This document shows positions 40,901-49,900 of a stretch of 64,000 nucleotides of DNA, in pieces; within the stretch, counting starts at the first letter, position 1; each line of letters opens with the position of its first letter. The stretch is taken from IMG/VR virus record IMGVR_UViG_3300042691_039521, positions 16,528 through 80,527 of that record, one strand, 5' to 3'. The DNA is from a virus. The notes beneath the pieces were generated by a model, which saw only the letters and a program-made list of their open reading frames with translations, ran no database searches and was not told the origin of the DNA. A program made the translations under genes and the position numbers.

Positions 40901-43900
40901 ATGTTATTGGCTCTTCGGATAAATTTAGAGATGCTTTAAAGATTTTTGAGTCTTCTGATTCTTTGCGTAAAGATATATTTGATGAATATAAGGTTACGCT
41001 TGGTAAGAGTACCGGTGGACTTAGAGATATTGCTAAAAGCTATAAGGATAGTATTGAGGCGACAGACGGCTATATTGAAAAAGATGCTGAAGGAGCTTAT
41101 AGACTATACAATGAGGCTGGCCAGGAGATGGCCAACGTTGCTCTTGAGGGTCAAGATGCCAAATACGTAGAGAACTTAGCGTCTCAACTGGGCATTGATC
41201 CTACTGAACTTGATTTTGGTTTCGTTGAAGCCACACTGCAGAAAGACTCAAGTTCGGAAATTCTGAATTTAGCTAAGGGTGAAGAAGAGCAACTCAATAA
41301 ATATGGATTAGAGGCACAGGAACAGGCTATAAGATATGTTGAAGTTATATCTGGTGTTGCTAGAACCAGTGATGAATTCGGCGCAGAGATAGATAAGTTA
41401 TTAGAAGATCTTGGTAAACTTCCCCCATTAGAATCAAATAAACTTAAGGGTGAAGAATTAAAGGCAGCATATGATGTCGGTCTTCTTTCTTTTGAAGAAT
41501 ATTCTACTAGACTATTAGAAAATATAGAAGCTAGAAGAAACATTCTTGAAAATAGTGATCAAACCGAGGCATCTGAACTTGAGCTTTTGCAACTGAAGCA
41601 GCAGGAACAGGCTGCATATAAAGAGTTTGCTGAAATAATTATTGCAAGACAAGAAGAAAGATTAAGATTTGAGACGGCCTTTAGCGGCTTGAGTGAGACT
41701 CAGGTAGCTGAGAGAACTAGACAAAACAATCTAGCTAATTTAGCTAACCCTAACTTTAATGATAGAGACTTAAGAGAACAAGCTGCGCTTGATATCATTG
41801 AAGCAGATAAACAAAACGCTATTAATATGGCAATAGCTGCTGGTTCGGCAGCCGAGGTAGCAAAACTTCTTTCGGAAGGAGTTGACGTTTCGCCTGTAGT
41901 CCAGGCCATTGGTTTAATTGATTCTCTTGAGGAAACTGATGCATGGAAAGAAACTAGAGACAAAATGCTCAGTGTCTTCAAGAAGCTTTTTGATATAGAT
42001 CTTGATGAAGATGATATAACAAATTGGTATGAAAAAATATTAACAGATGCTTATGATGATGGACAATTAAGTGAGGTTAATAAACAAAATATTCTATCTA
42101 GATTAAATAGTAATCTAGGTGCTCTTAACGCTGCTTCTTTCGATAATCTTAGCCCTGATGAGCAAGAAGCTTTAGAGGATAGTTTTGAGCAACTCATTAT
42201 GCTTCTCGCTGTTGGTGGAGTTAAGAGAGAAGAACTACTTGCCATTTTGAAGCGTAATGAACAATTTGCTAACATGACACCAGAAGAACTTGATGCGGCT
42301 CTTACGGGCATATTGGCTGGAAGTCCTTATGGAACTCCTGAAGATCAAGCTAAAATTAATTACAACCAAGCAAAAGATGCAAACGCTGCTATTGCTGACA
42401 CACAGGTTACCAATGCGAAGGATAACAAGATTGCTATTGCTCAAGCTAAAAAGGCTGAAGCAGATGCTAATTTATTAGCTGCCGAGGCTAGTGGTGATCC
42501 TAAGTTAATTCAAGAGGCTAAAAATGCCCAGGTGCGAGCAGAAAGAGAACTTCAGAAGGCATACAACAGCGCTCAGGTAGCTAAGTTAGAATATTATGCT
42601 ACTATAGCAGAAATTAACGGTGACCTTATAGGCTCCATTGAATTAAATATTCAGGCTTTGGAAGCACAGTTGGCTCTAGCTAGACAAAATAATGATGAGG
42701 AAGCCATAGCGGCTCTTGAGGGTCAGATTGCTAGAGAGAGAGATAATTTAAGAAAGCAAGCTGTAACTGACGCAAATGCTCTTTCTAGACTATACGGGGG
42801 ACTTGCAACTCTTCGTGGCGATCTGGTTGAGGCAGCACTGTTTGCCATAGAAGAAGCAAATAGAAATATGGACGCGGCAAGAACACCAGAAGAAAAAGCG
42901 AATGCGGCTTTGGCTCAGGCTCAAGCTAATGCCGATCTGATCAAGGCGCAATTCAGTGAAAGAGCACGAGATTTCGATTTGTTTGCTGCATATCTATCTT
43001 CTAATGGTGACAGCTATGGCGCAGCGAAGACACAGCTAGTTAAGGCTCAAGAAGCTTTAGCGGCGGCTCTTCGTGGTGGAAATAAAGATGAGATTAATCA
43101 GGCAAGAATTGAACTCTTAAACCAAGAAGCCGCCTTCCGTCAGGCTGCTGGAGCTAAACGTGATGGTGAGTTTGCATTGTTGTCATCCATTATTGCTGGC
43201 GATGATCCTGTGAAGCAGGCTATTCTTGAACAGGCTGCTGCTCAAGAGGCTTTCGCTCGTGCAGTTGGTCCAGATGAGATTCGTGATGCGACGATACGAT
43301 TAAATGAGGCTAATAGGGCCGTAGCTAACGCTCAGAATGACGTTCGCATAGCTATGATGGGTCTGCGCCAAGCGGAATTAGAAGCCGTAGAAGACAGTGT
43401 AGGCTCCGCTCAGCTTGGTGTAGAAATTGCTCGACAGCAGTTGAATGATCTTATTAAAGCCGGTGCAGGTGATGCTGCAATAGCAAACGCTAGAGCCGCA
43501 CTGATCAGCGCAGATAAAGCCGCAAAGGATGCTGCTTTCCAAGAGCGTCAAGATGAATACAAGTGGCTTCTTGACATGGGTAGAATTACAAAATCTCAAT
43601 ACATTAACTATCTTGAAGGACTCAAGAACACACTTCTCCCTGGAACAAGACAGTTCAAAGATTTAGAATTGGCAATTAAACAGTTAAAGAGTGATATTGG
43701 TGGCGACCTACAAGCCAATTTACCAACATCTTTGGCTCTTCCTACGTTATATGAAGTAAGAAGATTTAATCAATCTCAAGGAGACTACAGTTCTAGAGCA
43801 TCTGGCCAAGTAACAAACAACAATAATGAATCCAATCTGTATATTGAACAGGTTGTTCTACCACAGAACACTGGTCTGGCAGCTTTCGAAGATCTACTCT

Positions 43901-43950
43901 ACAAGTTCTTTGCTCCAAGATCACAAGGCTTTGGAACTAGGAGAACATAA
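31939..43950 (+). CDS. Tape measure protein (4003 aa)
   Basis: Follows the frameshifted chaperone; N-terminal IEVGVDTS; Ala/Glu helical composition; TMP core at about 39240-40100 (AEELQFALARL...SGAALAESFGRV); hydrophobic segments at about 40170-40680. Confidence 0.9.
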   Translation: MDGNKFLIEVGVDTSPAEKDLAAFMNKLNSMREKAASQDSGSSSAQLPPQVASAAFSDAPIDLSKQTSDLKEQAKIQRQIVQDRGKLVGLLQEEARISGSIGSGDLQNIRKGAEDALAAAFGSDKLSSSLKGVLTKAINQTVAEVRTPEGKVTQAQALSAKNAPAPPERFATRSTAVLKTVGIDAPTVVRPNVDILKDFNKAVQANQGDIIGVLNSISSSLQSVVKGAESLAGNFTSAAQDQGKALDDMTDSMTETAKSVGKVNDEILKSLADKAKKAAIDSQKSFGGRQKEVLKTVVDNPGITYEELKATGAPPQTIQSLTNRGLKRTGDKFDLDTSALTNFNTELTGVLTDFIGTSAGSINEIQKLEKAINNLIAGVDSVTAEVEGTATAVAQDGLFGEKGKTEAVRKGSVPQDEPAPAKKEKFVQTDFLAQEQTIEDALAAEAEVIEETVDVRKQALELQKQAVQARLASSKAEGEFYDKFDSIIRKYGGDPEGDAIVNRDVVFEDTTKEPKEITMAEWETLGSFERNWERLHEAALEATRALEVFVQANKVSTKDLFVESEGNEPQKLLDSLKAEYERLKSVQGEQLSAAAAAGLKIDTENRRGEFGGEGPRQEVIAQYEAELEASKEAVSETSAKLRSVSAKITELEKSLGLEVSALELTTKASVNLTKAQVAAIQEISKDAAFGQTTLNAKGTGGLFTYDKADAERVGRFAQGVLEDPQSSAVEKRAATRISESVDITLQEIERANTARSEIADILEDTTEYLDESAQWEKERAERAKVRAQEVADAVAAAEAKGLKTIPIASQDATNLQRSRLTFAKDKFLDPLGKDQYPASGKVENDFNFDTALIYDPNDLDLIRSRIKEVINGLTSDIASVEAGSGSVSTPLKFLRERLESVEKIASEIFANEGQTLNLNTLEIINDKITDLTSEAEESAQITREQNAIGGQITAAMEQELKARREAADAAAKAPLSDADKQALANAEQPTLLSSNSTLDPSLSELEKQLILAAERVKAIVSVPVEQLEAGDEIWRNSGAGTLLRKLQNPIGGREGVPQVVDYVPETNYPILGDATQGDAIKVLKKVDAERLANGETALSVEEARTIIAQKLLEVEAELVPMMAAYKTEEEKALVLKKELNDFLQKKLDEQGVNVNAEDVRVVSPTGSVFKKSGPGSKSPLFKLSDTDYEEYINRLHKIPQLSAARFNREGYNPVGLGSDFPRDDSVPRSLNQVSSDYEALSDIIRRQVDSSFEASVTLDQLNDLLSSTALSQEEINKVSLIILDKQRKSLESYLVNNPNRTDTDANPNDQSIRQQAELSKTLEDINTILGLRKEAEQKVVDAVEQQAAAQEDITREILKPDAVIQPSRLPAEVRGPKIPTAPPEIIDVQSASDEDKLAKRLANQEYARQKLARSAAGTIGTEPIEGVEKSAERLSATMDESLTSIKGMSQAMLQIIDLLEKNPDLGLAEFKQITGGTKGMGPRGASLKALQDRGIVTYDERSKLKVAAREDIPGLFKASSDRRVESKRTADAELIAQAQAELEAQIEEYGADVVDAFSDNLSDLTQQYVDLLKGRIEALEFSLGNEDGVIGAVGDIPTPLINKDLYERFGEAIGPEWDFYVEAFLAENSPGLLNFRGTNFSKSDIDSLLFSEDDPQKQITNAANDIRDRIEKSQSRIPGDSTSIGFEDFLSETPNLREANLTISEYVTQLLELVSLSEEVTNISNGLAGLDLSTAMALFGGQLESMAAESVVLSENIANAAREETIAKLEAISQNKAALRAYKQAFVEVSDESFADLSIDFQEVLQEQLRQAAENASATLRGNESILGEASTARTINVDEGQAIDNLLGIQNALEAKIFREGTFNLPPTETTPSVAPAAEAQDSLVNEVFEGAKIEAETNTQRRKNLEKTKQEVNAEPLNSEVFVQEEQGLVSALARKIEALDQQSSLLENIYPSFEEAERQLVIALNRKRLLLNAQADALENNGVSLAPISAIDPFQSGGADGGPKYGVNPYDTMNPGGGGGGGGGGYVGEEGEGFDPVEAAKARVEAAQNELLINIALFTQIYEKTTLLLSEKLAELQAGIKGFDEKLKGMTLQSIIDQGDVFKDVTEGKAEQKSAKAMIDAGAAEALLANDDLLFNFVAGQKLLAEAMEKISQQIFDKNLEANKRINAAWEKAAVAYEILTETNAGAGESLAELFSKYSGALSVFNQQLTALTKEGVTGDPVSLQAMGEAKGRTRIADTVISNQTNQSILDTINNDPNDPNGERNLVEELLDAQVALIRSTSELAELRNQQVELTGDVIKQLAEEDTSILNLKNAREAAAQALFDNLPAGALKDKLALQRRVGQRELNVNDPQYISLRRRENQLRQQEARAIVGEKQAPGLTGKITRYFDYQPDRGGAGFKQFFGGGALAALRYGLPGQIMRSGGSQIVNTIKEAEELQFALARLEGQFKTAFPTENFEEVRANIKAVAAETGLAADEIANFQIQITGAFSDTEIKGVGGTDLIEKQVESAAKLAQTVGLPLAEITDGLTAASLAFGEDFERIGDVAVRLEERSGVLAKETIAFIGDIAPVAEEAGYSIEEFAALAAVAQQRSGRSGAALAESFGRVIPALSEQKDKLMELAQITPSLQNPGFIDAIRQSDSKEILNQIGQAYQSMGKDAQQATIAILGGRREAQALIPALANQELVARLQKDAENSVGSLDKRFEDIQKTLTNSLARLGESVRQFGVELLESGLTDTFELAISLAEKLLGVLTPIAGVFADINKLLGGVPAAVAALSAVGVAFKSFAFKDQTEIVTDPLTGVESENVIGRQFIGTDFIQQIVGNIKEDFAAGFVDSGRTSVERRTGQALPVGPFAAGQGIPETAQLLTAGEKLKAGGTGLLTAVGGGSAALGAGVIGIAALSTAYGAIQGQINATKQALDDLILETKNDIASTDLDVDGARQRLTENLQTQADDARKAYDGWTEFWGELGNSLNPGDYLEGQANVIGSSDKFRDALKIFESSDSLRKDIFDEYKVTLGKSTGGLRDIAKSYKDSIEATDGYIEKDAEGAYRLYNEAGQEMANVALEGQDAKYVENLASQLGIDPTELDFGFVEATLQKDSSSEILNLAKGEEEQLNKYGLEAQEQAIRYVEVISGVARTSDEFGAEIDKLLEDLGKLPPLESNKLKGEELKAAYDVGLLSFEEYSTRLLENIEARRNILENSDQTEASELELLQLKQQEQAAYKEFAEIIIARQEERLRFETAFSGLSETQVAERTRQNNLANLANPNFNDRDLREQAALDIIEADKQNAINMAIAAGSAAEVAKLLSEGVDVSPVVQAIGLIDSLEETDAWKETRDKMLSVFKKLFDIDLDEDDITNWYEKILTDAYDDGQLSEVNKQNILSRLNSNLGALNAASFDNLSPDEQEALEDSFEQLIMLLAVGGVKREELLAILKRNEQFANMTPEELDAALTGILAGSPYGTPEDQAKINYNQAKDANAAIADTQVTNAKDNKIAIAQAKKAEADANLLAAEASGDPKLIQEAKNAQVRAERELQKAYNSAQVAKLEYYATIAEINGDLIGSIELNIQALEAQLALARQNNDEEAIAALEGQIARERDNLRKQAVTDANALSRLYGGLATLRGDLVEAALFAIEEANRNMDAARTPEEKANAALAQAQANADLIKAQFSERARDFDLFAAYLSSNGDSYGAAKTQLVKAQEALAAALRGGNKDEINQARIELLNQEAAFRQAAGAKRDGEFALLSSIIAGDDPVKQAILEQAAAQEAFARAVGPDEIRDATIRLNEANRAVANAQNDVRIAMMGLRQAELEAVEDSVGSAQLGVEIARQQLNDLIKAGAGDAAIANARAALISADKAAKDAAFQERQDEYKWLLDMGRITKSQYINYLEGLKNTLLPGTRQFKDLELAIKQLKSDIGGDLQANLPTSLALPTLYEVRRFNQSQGDYSSRASGQVTNNNNESNLYIEQVVLPQNTGLAAFEDLLYKFFAPRSQGFGTRRT

Positions 43951-44360
43951 TGGCAAAATGGAAACTATATGACCCAGAAGAAGATCAATATTTTTCTTTT
44001 GAATACAACCCATCTAAAGATGATGGATCATTTGCTTTAAATAAATCTACTGCCTATCAGGTTAATGCTGGTTCTTATAGAGATAATTCTAATAGAGACA
44101 ATATAGCTAATATTATTTTTGAGAGCCATAAAGAGGTTAAGAAATTTTCATTCAGTGGAAATATTTATAATAAAGATGAATTTGATAGATTAGAGCTATG
44201 GTTTTCTAAAAAATATGATCTGATTCTCACAGATGATTTGAATAGAAATTTTAGAATTTATGTTAGCAGTTTCAGCCCGAGTAGAATTCGTTCTCGACAG
44301 TTTCCATATAAACATTCTTACACTGTTAAAGGCATTGTACACGAAGAGATTTTTGAGTAA
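43950..44360 (+). CDS. Distal-tail (Dit)-like minor tail protein, copy 1
   Basis: Directly after TMP; F..NP...FSFSG..LTDDL.R motif. Confidence 0.6.
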   Translation: MAKWKLYDPEEDQYFSFEYNPSKDDGSFALNKSTAYQVNAGSYRDNSNRDNIANIIFESHKEVKKFSFSGNIYNKDEFDRLELWFSKKYDLILTDDLNRNFRIYVSSFSPSRIRSRQFPYKHSYTVKGIVHEEIFE

Positions 44361-44374
44361 GGAGTTAAGATAGA

Positions 44375-46441
44375 ATGGCATTTCCACCACCAAATTATCC
44401 ATATCAAGATAATGTGCATGATGTTGTTGCTGTTATTGTGAACGAGATTATTGCTGAGATTCAAGCTCACGAAGCCTCTCAGGTGAACGTTCATGGGATA
44501 ACAAACACAGCTAATTTAGTCACCACAGCGTCTCTTACAGAGCTTGTGCAGGATATTGTGGCTGCACAATTTTCTGCTGGCACCCATGTAGGCGCAACAA
44601 TCACATATAATGATGGTGATGGTTCACTTGATGTTGAAATAAGTGCGACTGGCGCTACTGGCCCACAGGGACCAATGGGATATACTGGACCCTCTGGCGC
44701 TACTGGCCCCGCTGGCGTTGGTGTTATTGGTGCAACTGGTTCTTCTGGACCCTCTGGCGCCACTGGCCCCGCTGGATCTACCGGAGCAACCGGTTCCGGT
44801 GTTACTGGCGCTACCGGAGCACAGGGTCCCGTAGGTGCAACTGGTTCTCGTGGCGCAACTGGTGCCACCGGCGCAGGAGCGACCGGTTCCACCGGGGCGA
44901 CTGGGCCTGTCGGAGTAACCGGTGCAACAGGTGCTGGCTTTACCGGGGCGACCGGTGTTGCTGGCCCCACTGGTTCAGCGGGCGCAACTGGCGCTACCGG
45001 CGTTCAGGGAAATGACGGAATTGCGGGTCCAACAGGTGCGACCGGCCCGGCTGGTTCTCCTGGTGGAGCAACCGGACCCACTGGTCCAGTGGGGGCTACT
45101 GGCGCAGGCGCAACTGGTGCCACTGGTCCGCAAGGTCCAATTGGAGCAACAGGTGTAGCGGGTTCACCGGGTGGAGCAACGGGGGCAACTGGGCCAGTTG
45201 GGGCAACCGGCGCTGGCGGTGGTGGTGGGGTTGAATATTTTGAAATGACCACTACCGATCTTGATTTAGACCCTTCTTTATTTAGTGCTTATAATATTAT
45301 CGTGGTTAAGTACAATGCAACCAAAAAAGCTTTTAGACTGCCGATGGCCAACGAGGTTCCAGCCGGAACTGTTTTTCATTTTTTCCAACACTGCGTAGAT
45401 GGTCCAGCGCCAGATACTAACGTTTACGATGATCTTGCTGAGGTTGGCGAATGTTATATTGTTAGAAATGACGCCGGAACCGCTGCTCCATATTATCTTA
45501 CAAGCCCTGTCGGTATTTGGGGTGATACTTTAAACGGAAATAACTGGTATGTCCAAGATTTTACTAGATCTAGTATTGGCGGAAGTTTAAGGCAAACAAT
45601 TTTTATATCTGATGGCGCAAGTAATTGGACTAATCCTTTTGGAGAGTACATTACAAAACATCCCGAGTTTAACTCTTCTTCGCTTGTTACTGCTACTGGT
45701 GGCTATACTCCAGAAATGGCGTTGGACCCAGCGGTTTTTGCTGTTAACAAGCCTGGGGCTTATGTTTTGGGTTCTGGTGGATATAATCCTATTGATTGGA
45801 TTCCACAGCCAAATAGAACAGCGCTAGCTAGACCAACTACCTCAATTGAGGGTGTTTTTGGTGGAACCCCTGTTTACCCAGATTTTCCCGATATATGGAA
45901 TGGCACCGATACCTTTGCTGTGCCCGGGGTGAACTTAACATCTATTGGCACTGTTTCTATCGGAACTAGAAGATATTATTCGCCAATGAGGCTTGATATG
46001 CCAACGGGAATACAAGAGATAATGCTTGAGGTTACCAGTGCTGGCACTGAAACAGAAATTAAAGTAAGATTATTTAAGGCCGATCGACACTGGCAACCAG
46101 ATAATTTTTGGGAATATGATTATTTTTGGGATCTTGGCACTTTCAATGTTGTTGGCAATGGGGTTAAAAAGCTTCCTGTTGGTGGCTATTATAATGCTGG
46201 AAATTATATTATAGCTTATCAAGCTAATAATAGAGGAAGCTGTACCGTAAGAGAATGGAGGGGTTCTATGCCTGGATGGGGCGTAATTGGAACGGGTGGA
46301 TCTACTAGTTTTATATCTCGTGGTAAATTTGATACCACAATCAGTAATGAGGATATTACCGACCAACCCTGGTCAGCATATGATACATCTAGTTATGGTC
46401 TATCTTGCCCTATTCTCTTTAGATATTCTTACGGGAGATAA
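44375..46441 (+). CDS. Collagen-like fibre protein 2
   Basis: G-X-Y repeats rich in GAT (about 44645-45225); C-terminal domain homologous to that of 22575-24167. Confidence 0.85.
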   Translation: MAFPPPNYPYQDNVHDVVAVIVNEIIAEIQAHEASQVNVHGITNTANLVTTASLTELVQDIVAAQFSAGTHVGATITYNDGDGSLDVEISATGATGPQGPMGYTGPSGATGPAGVGVIGATGSSGPSGATGPAGSTGATGSGVTGATGAQGPVGATGSRGATGATGAGATGSTGATGPVGVTGATGAGFTGATGVAGPTGSAGATGATGVQGNDGIAGPTGATGPAGSPGGATGPTGPVGATGAGATGATGPQGPIGATGVAGSPGGATGATGPVGATGAGGGGGVEYFEMTTTDLDLDPSLFSAYNIIVVKYNATKKAFRLPMANEVPAGTVFHFFQHCVDGPAPDTNVYDDLAEVGECYIVRNDAGTAAPYYLTSPVGIWGDTLNGNNWYVQDFTRSSIGGSLRQTIFISDGASNWTNPFGEYITKHPEFNSSSLVTATGGYTPEMALDPAVFAVNKPGAYVLGSGGYNPIDWIPQPNRTALARPTTSIEGVFGGTPVYPDFPDIWNGTDTFAVPGVNLTSIGTVSIGTRRYYSPMRLDMPTGIQEIMLEVTSAGTETEIKVRLFKADRHWQPDNFWEYDYFWDLGTFNVVGNGVKKLPVGGYYNAGNYIIAYQANNRGSCTVREWRGSMPGWGVIGTGGSTSFISRGKFDTTISNEDITDQPWSAYDTSSYGLSCPILFRYSYGR

Positions 46442-46445
46442 TTTT

Positions 46446-46898
46446 ATGGCAAGGTTTAACACCTTTCTTTTCAGTGAAGAAACATTTGGTTCCTCTGGTC
46501 AGCTACCAATAGAAGTTTCCGGAGAGAGAGTGCCATGGATTTTTATAGACCTATCAAGTGGAGATGAATACGAATTTGCGGTCAATCCTTTAGATTGCTC
46601 GTTTTCGGGGAATGAAGAAACTCTTACTGAGAATTATAGTAGTGCTGGCTCTCCTATTTTATTTGGTGGTAGACAAACCCCTAAAACCTTATCCTTTAGC
46701 GGGACAATTTTATATGAAGAGCATTTTCGAGCCATGGAAGAATGGTTTGAAAAGAATACTCAAATTACTCTTATTGATGATTTGGGCAATAACTACAGCA
46801 TTTACCTTCAGAATTTTTCTCCCACCAGGGCTTATGTCTCACAATACCCTTGGAGACATGAATATAATGCAAACGCTGTTATTTTATCTTGGACTTGA
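46446..46898 (+). CDS. Distal-tail (Dit)-like minor tail protein, copy 2
   Basis: ATG 46446 after GGGAG; clear similarity to 43950-44360. Confidence 0.6.
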   Translation: MARFNTFLFSEETFGSSGQLPIEVSGERVPWIFIDLSSGDEYEFAVNPLDCSFSGNEETLTENYSSAGSPILFGGRQTPKTLSFSGTILYEEHFRAMEEWFEKNTQITLIDDLGNNYSIYLQNFSPTRAYVSQYPWRHEYNANAVILSWT

Positions 46899-46915
46899 CG
46901 TTATATTAAAAAGGA
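46897..46915 (+). promoter_or_regulatory. Putative late promoter, variant
   Basis: GACGTTA-TATTAAA-AAGGA, almost identical to 24415. Confidence 0.5.
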
Positions 46916-46940
46916 AACAGGATGTATCTGAAAGGGAAGC

Positions 46941-49900
46941 ATGAAATATATTCCGGAGTTATTTGAGAAAGCTACGAGCGGTAACTTCTTGGGCAATCGT
47001 GCGGCTAATGGACGTGTAACGGTTGAGCCAAATTGGAAAATTCAGGAAACAGCACCCATATATGGTAATTCTATACGTGGACCATTTCGTTATTATACAG
47101 ATGGTAACCCCGAAGAGTACGAGGTCCCGGCAATTCAGAACATTCAATGGAACAGATCATTTGGCCAAGATTTAGGTACGGCACAAATTACTATTTATAA
47201 CTCTTGGCATAATCTTAATAATGAAGACCCCGAGATGACCGATAAGATTGGTAAACCGGGTTACTTCTGGCCAAGACGTGGTGAGGGTGATTCATTTTTA
47301 ACTTGGAAACAGAACCCTGGCAAAGGTGCATATAAAAAGGATGGAACCTGGGACCCTAATTTTTCATGGAAAGATATTCTTGTTCCAGATGCCCTTTTGA
47401 GAACCTATGAGGGATGGGGCGGTAAACCCACAGACGGTGGTTATGTTTCTGTTGATCAGAATATTACTGATAAAAATATTACCATTACAGGTGTATGGAT
47501 TATTAATAGCGTGACTGCTGGTTCTCTCGGAACTATGGTACTCGACTGTACAGATATTGGTAGAATTTTATTAGATCAGATTGTTTTCCCACCCATCATC
47601 CCAGGCTCACTTTATCCTCTTGAATATTACCCAGATGGTAAGTCTCCTTTTGATTCTCCTTGGGGTCCAAAAGTTAAAGGTAAATTTACTCGTATTAGAG
47701 ATCCAAGAGATACCTCTGGAAGATGGATGGAGGTATCAAGCAGTCCGGCCTCTAAGGGTGCGGTTGCTGTAAAGCCGGGAGCAAGCTCTAATCAGAGTGA
47801 TTCAACTGTGTATCCAACTTACTCCACAGAGGAAGCTATTGATGGCAACTGGTCAACTTATGCATTGAGCAATGCTTATTCTACACCCGATGGAAATGGA
47901 GCCAATCCTAATACGGTTTGGTTTGAATTTACGGTCGGAGCCGGTATGGATTCTATCTCATTTAAACCATGGGCGGGAGGCTATACTTGCTATATTTCAG
48001 CATATCAAGATACTAATCCAAGAAACCCAACGGGAACCAATGTTTGGAAAGGCGATGACGTTATCCCTGCTGACGGCGATATGGCCATTAACTATGTCAA
48101 AAAAGTTAATGTCCCCATGCAGTTACCGGATAATAATGAGAATGTTATGGAGGTGTTCTTTAGTGATGAGCATTTCCCAGAATCGAACGAAACGCCATTG
48201 CCAAGTACATTATACCCTCATAAAATACGTCTAACATTCCAGCATCTTTATTATTCACATATTCCTGATAATGCTGGTAATCGTTATCGTGCTGGTATTA
48301 GAGACTTAACCGTTTATAGAACCGGTAAAGATGTTAGCCCATTCTCAACAGATTTTGAGGCTTTACCCTGGACATTCTGTATGACTTCCCATCCCACAAG
48401 GGGTTATTGGATTGTCGATAAAGAGGGATGGGTTTATGGCTTTGGTGATGCCGCTGATTATGATAGTGATGCTTTTGGCGCTGTTCCAATTGAAGCTTAT
48501 GGTGGAACCTGGGAATTTTTAGGCACCACAGGTAGAACTAATCGCGCTGTTGCTATTGAATCACATCCAGACGGTAAGGGCTACTGGGTCATGGACTGGT
48601 TTGGTCACATTTGGGCTTATGGTTCAGCGGAGCATCACGGTCAACATGCCGTCCCAGATCCTTTTGTAAATTTCTTTGAGGCATCAAAGGTATCGGCTAG
48701 AGGATTGGCTATTACTCCATCTGGTGAGGGATATTGGGTTCTGTATTCAAATGGTATTGTTCGTGGTTTTGGTGATGCAAGTCCCAAATATGCGGCAATA
48801 CCAAACACTGATGTTTCTATTTTTATGCAAGAATACCTAAAGATACATTACAGCAATCATCCAGGTTATATGTCTTATAATGTTAATCTTAAAGGTACGG
48901 CTATTGCTTCTCACCCGAAAAAAATGGGTTTCTGGGTTACGGACGGCTCTGGTCAAGTATTTCCATTTGGCGCAGCAGCCAGATATGGGGGATTAATTAA
49001 TAGAGTTTATAGTAAAGGTCTAGCTGGTCAGTTTAAACTTCAGGATTTAGAATGGGCAACGACCATAGAATCAACTCCTTCAGGAGAGGGCTATTGGATT
49101 GCTTTTGGTTCTGGTCGTGTTGCTGGTTTCGGTGACGCCAAGAAACTTGGTAAAGACCCTTATATAGTAAATGATTTACAGATTCCAACAACAGGCGTTG
49201 TCCCCCCAGGTCCAAATACAACTCCATCAATTGTTGGTGGTGATCCTCACGATCTTGTGTATAAACGTGAATTACGAGAATTTCCAACAAGACCCGGTGG
49301 TCCAAACGGAACACAATTTTATTGGAATGGACAGTGGTGGGATGACGCTCCTATTACATATCCAGAAAATAAAAATGCTCCTAAAGATTCTGGTAATATT
49401 CTTACAAACCCAGAAACGATGGACTACTCGTTCTTTAGAAACATTCTTTGGGGTCTTGCTCGCGATCCTAATGGCAATGGTTTCTGGGGGCTTACTGCTT
49501 CTGGTGAGGTTATCCCGCATAATGCTGATTTCTGGGGTAAACCTGGCTATGATGGCGCAACAGGTTTCCGTTGGAAGGAAGGTAACTTTGACGGTGATTA
49601 TGCACAGATTGTAAAAGATATTCTTCGCTGGGCTGGATTCTTATTCTATGATCCTGATATTGACGGAGACACAGAACCTTCTGTATTAGGTCGTATTGAA
49701 GGAACGGGTATTAAAACTGATACAACCCTAGAGGGTGATAAGTTCGATAAGAAGACATTAATTGACGTGATCAAAGAACTTGCTGAAGTAGTTGGTTATA
49801 CCTTTAGAATTGCAGAAGATGGTTCGGTGATTTTTGAAAGTCCTAACTGGTGGCGTTCAGGTAACTTTGATGAAGATGGTCAACCAATTTATGTGATCTA

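Noticed and set aside
33355-43599. Many short ORFs on both strands inside the TMP gene
   Set aside because: Expected shadow ORFs within a 12-kb coding frame; no RBS or motifs
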